Below, piece by piece: positions 39,240 through 50,669 of a stretch of 64,000 bases of DNA. The DNA lies in NCBI GenBank assembly GCA_951406725.2, contig OX597819.1:124372001-124436000 (forward strand), given 5' to 3'. The notes under the pieces were generated by a model. The model saw nothing but the letters and a program-made list of their open reading frames with translations. It was not told the DNA's origin and ran no database searches. Position numbers and translations under genes: made by a program. Positions within the stretch are counted from its first letter, which is position 1. Every line of letters starts with the position of its first letter. The stretch is from Octopus vulgaris (taxonomy: Eukaryota).

Positions 39240-40315
39240 GGAAAATGGCATCACTTGATATGTAGGAAAAGAATGTTGGAAATTCGATATGGTGTACTCA
39301 GTGCAAGCAATGGACACACAAGACATGCAGTGGAATCGCCGGAGAATCAACAGAGAAAGTAGACTTTGTCTGTGACAGATGCAATAAACATTATGAACAC
39401 AGGAGAAATAGATTTGCTTGAATGCCATTGAGGCTCCCTAGAGGTAGGAGACGGATCCTGTTACTAAGGTGACCTAATTAGTAGTGGAGAAGGATGTTCT
39501 GAAAGTGTAGATGCTAGAATAAGAATAGGATGGAGAAAGTTCAGTTACCAACAAAAAGGTCTTTCTCTCTGCGAGTAAAAAGCAGATTGTAATGATGCTT
39601 GCATATGAACAGCAATGCTACACAGTTGTGAAACTTAGGCTGTGAATGCAGAAAACATCATCATCATCATCATCGTTTAACATCCGTTTTCCATGCTAGC
39701 ATGGGATGGACGGTTCGACTGGGGTCTGGGAAGCCAGGAGGCTGCACCAGGCTCCAGTCTGATCTGGCAGTGTTTCTACAGATGGATGCCCTTCCTAACG
39801 CCAACCACTCCATGAGTGTAGTGGGTGCTTTTTACGTGCCAGGGGAGGCTGGCAACGGCCACAATCGGTTGGTACTTTTTACGTGCCACCGACACGGAAG
39901 CCAGTCAAGGCGGTGCTGGCATCAGCCACGTACAGATGGTGCTTTTTGCGTGCCACTGGCACAGGTGCCAGGGGAGGCTGGCAACAGCCACGATCGGTTG
40001 GCACTTTTTACATGCCACCGACATGGAAGCCAGTCAAGGTGGCGCTGGCATCAGCCACGTACTGATGGTGCTTTTTACGTGCCACCGGCACGGAAGCCAG
40101 TCAAGGCGGCGCTAGCGAAGATTAAATAGGAATGAAGGCAATATGCTCTGTTGGATGTGCAATACAGTGCGCCATTACGACAAAGTGTAAATATGTTGAT
40201 AGAAAATTTGAGAATAAGAGGAATTAGATATAGTGTGCAAGAGAGGACTGTGGTAGTATGGTTATGTAATGTATATGGATGAGAACAGCTGTATAAAGAA
40301 GTGAATGTGTGTATA
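39240..40315 (+). mobile_element. Old RTE ORF2 remnant containing a - strand family A tail (39656-40115)
   Basis: Similarity to 31450-32040; inner (CAT)n plus reverse-complement tail. Confidence 0.65.
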
Positions 40316-40479
40316 GAAAGGACCACCATCTCTGGCGATGCAGGGGTTACACTCACTAAATCTAAAAAAATGGCAGCAGTGTGTTTATTCTGTATTGGAC
40401 TTTCAAGGGTCCACCTTTCATTTGTCCATTTTGTGAATGAATTTCTACATTGTTCCTGGAGTTATATCAGAGGAATTGA

Positions 40480-42545
40480 AAACCTGGAATTGTCATCAAA
40501 ATCTTCTGTACATTAGAGATAGTTCTGTTGTGAAGTAACAGAGAAGTGGCTTGGCAAACAGGAACCAATTGGCGGAGAATAAATTAAGGTGGAAATTGAT
40601 CAGACTTTGTTCACCGGAAATATGGGAGGGATTGAATTCTGAGCCTAGTTTGGTGGTATAGAGTGAACCATTAAGTGTTGTTTCATTCTGCCTCTAAGAA
40701 ATAAGAAGTGTGACAAAGTGACACCGATTCCTCTGATCCAAGTGTAGGACAAAAGCCACACTGTTATATTTTTTGATTATTTCTTCGTTTTTTTTTTTTC
40801 ACCTTTTACTTGTTTCAGTTATTAGACTGAGGCCATGCTGGGGCACTACTTTGAAGAATTTTTAGTTGAACAATCGACCCCAGAATTTATTTTCCCTTTT
40901 TACTTGTTGCAGTTATTAGACTGCAGCCATGCGGCACCACCTTGAAGGATTTTTAGTTGAATGTAACGACCCCAGAATTTTTTTTTAATGATTTTCAACC
41001 AGTGCCTAAAGGTATCTCCACATGATAGAAATAACAACCAAATCTCTTGAAATTTTTGTATAACTCCCTTGGTTTTTTTTTTTATATTTCCTAAAAATCT
41101 GTTTACTTGTTTCAATCATTGGACTACAGCCACGCTGTGGGACCAGCTTGAAGAATTTTTGGTTGCAGAAAAATCAGTATTTTAAAATATAGATTTAAAG
41201 TTTTGTTTTCTTCTCTCAGCACTTACAGATTAATGAGAATAAGTTGACCTTTTGAACTTTTTCAAACGTACTTATAGTTTTTATGTTTCTACACATTTCT
41301 TGGAGTAAATGCTTTTCCTTTTGTTAGAATTCAGACAATATGTACATTGAGTAGTAAAGAATCTTGTGTTCTGTGATTCTGTTATTGATGTTAAGGTTGG
41401 TTTATTTTATTTTCAAACTTCAAAATTATTCTAAAAAAGGGGGAAATAATTAAAACACATGGAACATACTATTGTGAGGGACATAGATGTTTTGACACCG
41501 TTTTTTAATTGAATATATTTTGTTTACTTAAAACTTGGAATTTTGGAAAATATTTTTTTTTACAAACACGATTTCCGTTTTTGTTTACGTGACATTATAA
41601 AAACAGTTTGTAAGATTTGGCTGTTATTTCTAGCATGTGGAGAGACCTTGTAGTTATTAGACTGCAGCCGGCCATGCTGGGGCACCACCTTGAAGAATTT
41701 CTAGATGGCTGTATGGAACCCAGAATTTTTTTAAAGCTTCTGTGATTTGATTCATTTTTGTTTTTCTTTTTACTTGTTGCATATGCAAGTAAAAAGATTT
41801 TTAGAAAATAAAATAAACGAAGAATATCCAAATATATACCCGGAAATGTGGGGGGTTATAAGAATTTCAAGGGATTCGGCTATTATTTCTAGCATGTCGA
41901 GAGACCTTTTAGGCTTAACTTCATGCGCTGGTTGAAAATCATCTAAAAAAAAAAATTCTGGAGTCTATACAATCGACTAAAAATTTCTTAAGGTGGTGCC
42001 CCAGCATGACCGCAACAAGTAAAAAAAAATTCTGGGTTCCCTACAGCAATCTTTCGGATTAACTCAATGCCAAGAGGTCTTCGAGTTAAAACGAAGGTTT
42101 GCCTAAGGTGGTGCCCCAGCATGGCCGGCAGCAGTCTAATAACAATAAATTTTTTAAAATCCTGGGGTTGAGATATTCAACTAAAAATTCTAAAAACGAA
42201 AAGATAACCGAAAAATATAACCGTGGGGCTTTTGTCCTGATTCCAATCCAGGCATATATGAAACCTGGCTCAGTTATTTATATCGATTCTTTGGCTACCT
42301 TCAATAATTTAAGCAGTTTGGGCTTTCACAATTACGTGATAAACCATTCCGAAAGTTTTATTGACCTCATACATACACAGACAAATCATTGAATGTTTGA
42401 AGAGGGACATAGAAGAATGGAGAAAAAAGGCCAGGTATTCAGTTAAAATATTTGCATCAATACCTGGCCAGATATTTATCTATTTCGTCAGAGGGGGATT
42501 AAACCTTATTCAAGAGTCAGCCCAATTATATGTACCCCTCTAAGA
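40480..42545 (+). pseudogene. Merlin/IS1595-like transposase remnant, split by a TIR insertion
   Basis: FCCEV...IGGE*IKVEIDQTLF..KY..G (40520-40640) and KPGSVIYID.....NLSSLGF.NYVINHSESFID..HTQ.IE (42260-42395). Confidence 0.75.
40747..42237. mobile_element. TIR-bounded insertion filled with SINE-C tail fragments
   Basis: ~45-bp inverted ends GGACAAAAGCC.CAC.GTTATATTTTT; inner ACTGCAGCCATGCTGGGGCACCACCTTGAAG-like copies in both orientations. Confidence 0.55.
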
Positions 42546-42554
42546 TATATATAT

Positions 42555-42705
42555 GTTAGTTAGTTAGTTAGTTAGTTAATTTGGCTCAAAAGCAAATAGC
42601 AAGGCCATGTAGGGGGACATAGAGTTAAGTACAGGGTGGTGTTCATGTAAAGAGTTCAGGCCACTTGAGGTCCAGGGAGGCTTTGAACAAAGCGGTCGTC
42701 GGCAT
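42555..42705 (-). mobile_element. CR1 3' end, same family as 20313-20862
   Basis: (TTAG)n plus TTGGCTCAAAA..CAAGGCCATGTAGGGGGACAT. Confidence 0.8.
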
Positions 42706-43251
42706 ATTTTAAATAGCTCCTTTGTATTAAGAAAATTAATTCTCCAACCTACCCAGGCAAAAATGAAACTAATTTTGGGAAAACTTAAATGAAACTAATT
42801 TTGGGAAAACTTAATTAAAGTGATGTTTCTTTTTCTGAAACATTCTGCAGCCTGGATTACTGATTTAAAGAGATTTGAAAAAGCTATTTTGTTTAAATAT
42901 TACACTTTTCTGTTGTTAAATGTTTTTTTCTTTCTTACATATCACATCTTTTATCTGATTCAGTTATAGGAATATATAATTTCATCGACCCCCCGTTCCT
43001 TGCGGCGTATTTGGTCAGCATAGTTCATTGCACACGAAAAACCGCGAAAGAAAATCTCCGCCGAATTGGGGTGGGTGGGTGAATTTTCTGAGGGTTCCGC
43101 CCTACCCTGCTCCATGTTTTCCGGACAAAAAGTCTTTTGTGGCATATTAATTTATCCAAGAAAAAAAACAACATTTTCCAATGATTTCAGGAAGAGGGAG
43201 GGGGATTTCCGAGTATCCCCACCCATCTATTTTCTGAACAAAAATAAGGGG

Positions 43252-43528
43252 AACAATTGCAGCGTGGAAGGTGTTTGTAAGCCATTTAAGAAACACACAA
43301 AAGCCGTTCGATTCGCTTCAACATTTAAGTTTAATTTGTCAAAATATTTTCGTCGCTAAAATCCGCGACCTGTTCACTGACAATATTTTGACAAATCAAA
43401 CTTAAATGTTGAAGTGAACGGCTTTTGTGTGTTTCTTAAATGGCTTACAAACACCTTCCACGCTGCAATTGGTTTTGTTTCAGAACACGATCTCAGATCA
43501 AATCACTTGCTATGCAAGTGCATCTCCT
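43252..43528. mobile_element. Short fold-back PLE-like insertion with 11-bp TSD
   Basis: Inverted repeat 43254-43349/43382-43471; TSD AAAATAAGGGG at 43241-43251 and 43529-43539. Confidence 0.75.
43336..43383 (-). ncRNA. Minimal type I hammerhead ribozyme-like motif, G3:C8 core variant
   Basis: Minus strand reads TTGTCA-GTGAACA-G-GTCGC ggatttta GCGAC-GAAA-ATAT-TT-TGACAA: 6-bp stem I, 5-bp stem II, palindromic stem III AAAATATTTT. Confidence 0.6.
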
Positions 43529-44904
43529 AAAATAAGGGGCTTGGGGTATTAGGAGATCAGGTTACTTCATTCCGCGCAAAAAAAAAAACGAGGTTTTTTT
43601 TTTAGCGAACCGTGTGCAGGTGCACTTGTAAAAATTTACCCATTATAAAATCCATTCAGGGTTTTCTGTAAAGTGATTGGCGAATGGAGACCTGGGGTCA
43701 AAGGAACCTATCTAGTGCTGGTATTTTAATAATATGCACCCAATACATTGTGTAAGTACGGACGAGATACGGTCGGCCGACCAATCTAAAGCACCAGTAA
43801 CTCTGAAAAACTTAGACTGGCGCCCCGTCTAACTCATGTAAGCACGGAAAGCGGATGTTCATAGACTTGTGTATAACTCGCACTAGTTTAAAAACTGAGG
43901 TGCGACTTATACACGAGGCAAAACTAAAACTATGAAGGGAAAAAATTTTGTACCCGGATTCAACAGCAATACACATAATTATTCATACTCAAGTAAATAC
44001 GGTACACACACACACATATCGAATTATAAAATTAAAACAGTAAGAGAATTCTCAAAAGTGTTGAAGGAAAATTATTGGGGATGGGTTACAAAGCAAAGCA
44101 AATAATTTAAGGCTTAGCTGAGTCGGTACGTTTATAAAAAATATTTCTTAATTGGTTTTATATCTTTAGGTTTCGGTTTGACGCAATACCCTCCAGGTGA
44201 GGCATAATTTCTTTCCCGACTATACAATGTGGGACTCATCCATTAACTTTCTATAAATTAGTGAAAAATATACTCTTTAACACGTTTTACTAGTTTTCTG
44301 AGTGGGGTGGGGTGTTTTTTGTTTTATTAATGAGCCTTGTCAGGTAAATGTTTACCTGTTTTCACATACGGAAGTTAAGTAAAATAATTTTCAAATGACT
44401 TTAACAAAATCCAATACTCTGTTTTGGTAATTAGCCCCAGTTCGGCCCGGGTGCTCCAGTTACAAACTAAGCCAACTACATTAAACAAAGTGAGTTTACT
44501 ATTCTTTTTGGTGTGGTACAGTTTGACTTAAGGGAAATTTAGCTGCTATTTCTAGCAAGCCGCTTAAATGAGATTCGAAGCGATTACGTGTACAGTGAGT
44601 TTATGTGGAGAAATATACGAGCGAAGGGAAGTAACTCAAATGGCATGAATTCTAAAGCGACCTGAAATTTTCCTTTTTTGTTGGAATTTGATGGGAAATA
44701 TAGGAAAGGAAATTCCACTTATTTAAGAATTTACTGTGTAAAAACATTCGGTAATCACTCCTTAACTGATTGGTGGTGACATGAATGAGAAAGATTTTAT
44801 TTTCGGTATTTCGATTATAGAAAGTATGTGAAAAGGTGACTATTTTAGGTTTTCATTCGTGTGTGCTCATAAATAATTATAGATAGACAAAATATAGATA
44901 TAAG

Positions 44905-45150
44905 GGTACTACTTGACAAGAGTGGTCCCGGTGCGCGCATCCGCACTTGCTAGTCGTAACTAGTCGATCCTTAATATGTCTTTTTATTTTATTTACTTTG
45001 TTTAGAAAAATTATTTACTTTGTGTTTTGTGTTTTATTTACTTTGTTTAACAAAAATGATTTACTTTGTGTAAAAAAAAATATTTATTTTGTGTTTTATT
45101 TACTTTGCTAGGTAGTCGTTGTAGGATCGACTAGTCAGCACAAGTAGTAC
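44905..45150. mobile_element. Second copy of the 26678 MITE, right arm partly deleted
   Basis: GGTACTACTTG...GGTCCCGGTGCGCGCA and GTAGGATCGACTAGTC...CAAGTAGTAC. Confidence 0.75.
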
Positions 45151-45891
45151 TGACAAATATAGAGATATATATATCTGAATATATACTACAACAAACAAAA
45201 ATTTCGCCTAGCTTTAAAAGATTCAATTTACATATGTGAACAAATGTGATTTCATCGTAAACTTCTTCCGCTATAAAACAAATAAAACAGAATGTCACAT
45301 CTGATTTTAATCGAAGAAAAAGAAGAAATAATTATTAACATTTCATTTCTTCTCGACCGAACAGCTCTACTTGACAAAAGCAGGTTTCATTTCTGCACGG
45401 AATGCTAACTTTTTCATTATGAGTGTTGATTTTCTTTCCCTACAGGTGTTAGTCTTTTTTGTAATTGTTAATGTAAGATTTTTTAAAAAATAATTAAATT
45501 CTAAGTTTAATTTTAAAATATATACATGATCATTAAAACAAAACTATTTATAAATTACTTAATTAATCTTTCTTTATAACGGACTTCTTTTTTTACTGTT
45601 TTTAGGTCAAAGTTAACTAGGTCAGTGCCCTTGAAACGAACCAATCGGAAATGATATTTGAACTTCAAAAAAATTTTTAATTTCATTTTAAACTTATTGA
45701 AAAGAAACTTGTAGATAATAGATCCTAGATGTTGAATTGTATTGTAAATAAATTTCTGCTTCTTAGAAAAGTATTAGTAAAAAGTTTGTCCTCAATATGA
45801 AGATATGGCTTACCTTATTCCTACCAGTTCGTTAAATGAGTAACAGAAATAATGTTTGAAAGTCGTTTAAATAGTTCTTACTTTTACTTAC

Positions 45892-46230
45892 CTTATTTCT
45901 ATAATAAATACAACGAAAATTTTACTAACTTCAAATAAATCCTAAATTTTATCAAATTATCCACTCACAAATATATATAAAAATATAATTTCTGGGAAAT
46001 AGCTACTATATTATATATATATATTAGAGAAATTTTATTTTAATCAAAACAAATGGTATATAATGCATTTTTACGCTCCGTATTTTATACAATTGTAAAA
46101 AAATAGAAAAAAAATTACAACACATTTTTATATCTGACCTAATTACAATACAAATTACGCCATTTTAAAACAATTATCTCCTACGTTCTAACGTCACGTG
46201 TCGCTCAAACTTTGTTCTAATTGGTTGGAA
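45892..46230 (-). promoter_or_regulatory. Probable - strand promoter and non-coding first exon
   Basis: CCAAT at 46220-46224, E-box GTCACGTG at 46193-46200, YY1-type AAAATGGCG at 46158-46166 (-). Donors AAG|GTAAGT at 45892 and AAG|GTAAGC at 45814. Confidence 0.55.
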
Positions 46231-46496
46231 CGAGAGGGAATCCATTCATACTTTCCCTCTCTTATATGTATTTATTCTTTTCAGTCATTTTGTAAATGAG
46301 AAGACATTTATTCGATTCAGTCATTCGACTACGGCCATGCTGCAGCACCGCCTTTAGTCGAACAAATCGATCCCACGACTTACTCTTTGCAAGCCTAGTG
46401 CTTATTCTATCGATCTTTTTTATAAATACACCAGCATCTGTTGTCAAGCGATGTTGGGAGGACAAACAGTCCGTCATATATATATATATATATATC

Positions 46497-46731
46497 GGAG
46501 TAAGCACATAATTGTGAAACAAGGTGGAAAAAAGAGTACTCAAATACCAGTGGTAGAGTAATATGCTTTATTTTAAAGCAGCAGAAATATAAAAGCTGTT
46601 ACTCGGAGTTTCCCGTTCCCGTTCGTCGGACAGTTTTGTTAAAAAACTATTAACAAAACTGTCCGACGAACGGGAACGTGAAACTCCGAGTAACAGCTTT
46701 TATATTTCTGCTGCTTTAAAATAAAGTATAT
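46497..46731. mobile_element. Fold-back PLE pseudo-LTR insertion with two hammerhead copies
   Basis: Near-perfect inverted repeat 46561-46731, inserted in TA repeats. Confidence 0.75.
46659..46696 (+). ncRNA. Minimal type I hammerhead ribozyme motif (C3:G8, U4C variant); inverted copy at 46596-46633
   Basis: CTGT-CCGACGA-ACG ggaa CGT-GAAAC tccga GTA-ACAG; GUA cleavage triplet. Confidence 0.7.
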
Positions 46732-47177
46732 ATATACGACGGGCTTCTTTCAGTTTCCGTCTACCAAGTCCACTCACAAGGCTTTGATACTTGCCCACGT
46801 TGCCATGCAGTGGGACTGAACCCGGAAGCATGTGGTTGGTAAGCAAGCTACTTACCACACAGCCACTCCCTATTTGTCTACGTAACTTATTTAGTAATGA
46901 AAGCTTCACATCAAAGTTTAGTCAGCAATTTTTTAAAATTTACTCATAAAATAATATTAAGAAAACTTCGTAGGCAGTTTCCATTCGTGAGAGTTGAAAG
47001 TACTCTTCGCCAGACGACACTGAATCAGTTTGGATTCTTGAAGCCATTTCATTTTACTTGCGGTTATGCCCTTGAGAAGGGCATAAACATGATACATTTT
47101 CAATTTTTGGCAAATCTAAGCCTTTGGTGGTGATAAGGGGAACAACGATGAGTTTTTACTGCAATTTTGGCTGAGAA

Positions 47178-48760
47178 GAAATATATTTTTTTACAAATGT
47201 TCAATACCTTACAAAACTACATCAGCCAAGCAAATGACCTTCTCCATATGCATTAAAAATACTGTAATACATTTCAGAAAATTATCACCGTTCTCTGAGT
47301 ATATAAAGGACAAATTTAGCTGGGGCATACACTTGGAAACAGACAGTATCCACCTTTAGATATCAGAAAGATAAGAAATGCAATAAAAAATTTAAATATC
47401 TAGGTCTAATGAAAGAGAATGGGAAAATGGCTCATGATATAAAATTAAAGAAACTCAGTGTGGCTGTGTGGTAAGGAGTTTGGTTCCGAATCTCATGGTC
47501 CCAGGTTCAGTCCCTCTGCATAGCACCTCAGGCAAGTGTCTTCTACTATAGTCTCAGGCCGACCAAAGCCTTGATCGAAAATATATTTTTTTACAAATGT
47601 TCAATACCTTACAAAACTACATCAGCCAAGCAAATGACCTTCTCCAAATGCATTAAAAATACTATAATATATTTCAGAAAATTATCACCGTTCTCTGAGC
47701 ATATGAAGGACACATTTAGCTGGGGGCATACACTTGGAAACTGACTTCTACACATCAGTATCCACCTTTAGATATCAGAAAGGTAAGAAATGCAATGAAA
47801 AATTTAAATATCTAGGTCTAAGGAAAGAGAAGGGGAAAATAGCTCATGATATAAAATTAAAGAAACTCAGTGTGGCTGAGTGGTAAGAAGTTTGGGATCT
47901 TTTCACTTTGACTGGCAGATTTTTAAAATAACTTCTATGTAACTAAAAAATTTTAAACTTCATATACTGGTAGAATGTGTTTATAAAACCTCTTTTTCTC
48001 TTGGCTTTCTTGAGAAAATTCTGTAGTTTGTAACATATTTGTTGTTTAATTTCTTGCATTTCGGCAATTTCAACCAATCAGTGACATCTATTGAGGTGAA
48101 TTCAATTTCTGCCGTAACACTTTATGGTGGCGTCATATGAAAATGTCCCTGTTACATATTATATATTCGTTTAAGGAACAGATTGGGTTTATTTACATTT
48201 CTGAAGAAAAAAAGATACCCTTCCCAAACCCCTAACCCTTACCTTAACCCTAACCCTAAAACAGATTGAGATGCAATAAATAGATCGATACTAGGGTCAT
48301 AATTATGGGTGGACACTAAAGAGAGAACGGTTTTGTTATCCAGCTCTGTTTACAAGTGACCCCTCAGTTTATGGCCACAAGGTATCTATTTCCTCATAAA
48401 AAACAGGGACATTTTCATATGATGCCGCCAGAAAATGTTACGGCAGAAATTGAATTCACCTCAATAGATGTCACTGATTGGTTGAAATTGCCAAAATGCA
48501 AGAAATTAAACAACAAATATGTTACAAACTACAGAATTTTCTCAATAAAGCCAAGAGAAAAAGAGGTTTTATAAACACATTCTACCAGTATATGAAGTTT
48601 AAAATCTTTTAGTTACATAGAAGTTATTTTAAAAATCTGCCAGTCAAAGTGAAAAGATCCCAAGTTTGCTTCCCAACCTCATGGTCCCAGGTTCAGTCCC
48701 TCTGCATGGTACCTTGGGCATGTGTCTTCTACTATAGTCTCAGGCCGACCAAAGCCTTGT
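47178..48760 (+). repeat. ~400-bp tandem duplication including a SINE-C head
   Basis: Copy 1 about 47178-47573; copy 2 from about 47577, interrupted by the MITE at 47894. Confidence 0.85.
47894..48661. mobile_element. Long-TIR palindromic GGATCTTTTC MITE with (CCCTAA)n
   Basis: ~250-bp near-perfect TIRs; AAGTTT(G) duplicated in the flanks; inserted in a SINE-C head. Confidence 0.85.
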
Positions 48761-48887
48761 GAGTAAATTTGGCAGACAGTAACTGAAAGAAGTTCGTCGC
48801 ATATATACTATGGTGGTGTGTTTACGTTTCCGTAACCAGCACTTGGGCAAAAGAGACTGATAGAATAAGTACTAGTACTTAAAAAAA

Positions 48888-49294
48888 GGATCTTTTCGGT
48901 TTGAATGGCAGTTTTTAAAAATAATTTCCACGTAACTAAACACTTTTAAACTTCGTATACTGGTAGAATGTGTTTATAAAACATCTTTTTCTCTTGGCTT
49001 TATTGAGAAAATTCTATAGTTTGTAAGATATTTGTTGTTTTTTTTCTGCAATTTCAACCAATCAATGACGTCTATTGAGGTGAAAACATTCTGCGCCGTA
49101 TGAATATGTCCCTCGTTTAAGAAACAGATTGGGTTTATTTACATTTCTGAAGAAAAAAAGATACCCTTCCCCCCACCCCTAACCCTAACCCTAAAACAGA
49201 TAGAAATGCAATAGATCGATACTAGGGTCATAATTATGGGTGACAATTTCATATGACACCACTAGAAAAAACTGCCGTTCAAACTGAAAAGATC
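48888..49294. mobile_element. GGATCTTTTC MITE in the A-tract of the same SINE-C tail
   Basis: Near-identical to 29499-29906. Confidence 0.85.
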
Positions 49295-49852
49295 AAAAAA
49301 AAAAAAGTACTTGTGTTGATTCATTTTCCCTAAAATTCTTCAAGGTGGTGCTCCAGCATGGTCACAGTCTAATGACTGAAACAATTAAAAGATAAATTTA
49401 AAAACTCAACATAGAATATTCTTCATAGCTTTCTTCACAATCTGCTGGAGAGGCTTTCTACCTGATATATTTACACATCATGCAGTTAAAAGAGAAGAAA
49501 TTATTGAAATTATTTATAACTTATTTTAGACAATTGAAAACGATCAAATTAGACATTAGTGTGAGAAGAAATTGATTTGGAATCCAACAGAGAAAAGAAT
49601 GTTAATTGTCGAAAATTATCCAGATTAGCAATTTAGCAATTTCAATCATAGTCAGGTCAAAGTTGAGGAAAATTTTCTTAACAAAATAAGAACCTGTCGA
49701 CTGAGTGTGTTTCAAACTCTCAATCGTAACAGCTATGCTGGCCGATTTTTACTCTTAAATATGATGCAACAGAATGATGATAATGATTTAAAACACACAG
49801 GGAGAAAATAACGAGAAATCAGAAATTATTCATTTTACCCCGGTTGCTTATT

Positions 49853-50185
49853 CATCATCATCATCATCATTGTTCGACTGTGGTCGAGACAATGGAATTT
49901 ACCATGCTACGCAGACTTCACGGTCCAACATAGCATTACGGAGGTCCTGTTGCTGGATGCCTGTATCCCTGGAGATTACATCAGGGTAGGAGAGTGTGTG
50001 CCCTCTGTTATCGCGAGTAGATGGCTTCCAGAGAAGATGAGAAATTGCCTCGTTTTCAGCTCTACAACAATGTCCAGCAAACTGGACTCTTCTACCTTTC
50101 ACAAGAGATGATGCAGGTGGTAGTTTCCCATATTTTGGTTGGATGACGCTTCCACAAGAGATTTTGAGCTCTCATAAGGACTAAT
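49853..50185 (-). mobile_element. RTE/RTE-X-like LINE 3' end (sibling of 15253-15512)
   Basis: LMRAQNL.WK.H, GRRVQFAGHCCRA, DREV; (GAT)n tail. Confidence 0.75.
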
Positions 50186-50669
50186 TCATACTCTGTTAAA
50201 GAAATTAATACTTATTCGTATTTAAACTCTATTGGGTAATTTGTACCAATGTTCTTTTTTGATACTAAGAATTTTTTTGTCTTGTCAGTTGAAATGAAGA
50301 ATATGACAATGCTGAATTTTAGAGTATTATGCTTGCTAAGAGAGTATATATGACTGTAACTAAAGGACATAAGACAACCAGCTGAGTATGTCCATGTAAG
50401 GTGGTGAGCTGGCACAATCGTTAGCATGCTAGGTGAGATGCTTAGAAGCATTTTGTCTGTCCTTACATTCTCAATTTGAATTCCACTGATGTTGACTTTG
50501 TTTTTCATCCTTTCAGGGTCAATAAAATAAGAACAGGTTGAACACATGAAGTTGCTGACTTTGTGTGCCTAAATTTGAAACCAATATATTGTGTCCACAT
50601 CAAAACCAGGGGCTGGCAAAGTTCCCTAGCAGTGGGCTGGATTGGAAAGGATTTTATGTTTTTGTGCAC

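Larger units (their letters stand above)
46276..46870 (-). mobile_element. SINE family C carrying a PLE-like insertion in its (TA)n
   Basis: Tail 46276-46470, head 46735-46870. Confidence 0.8.
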
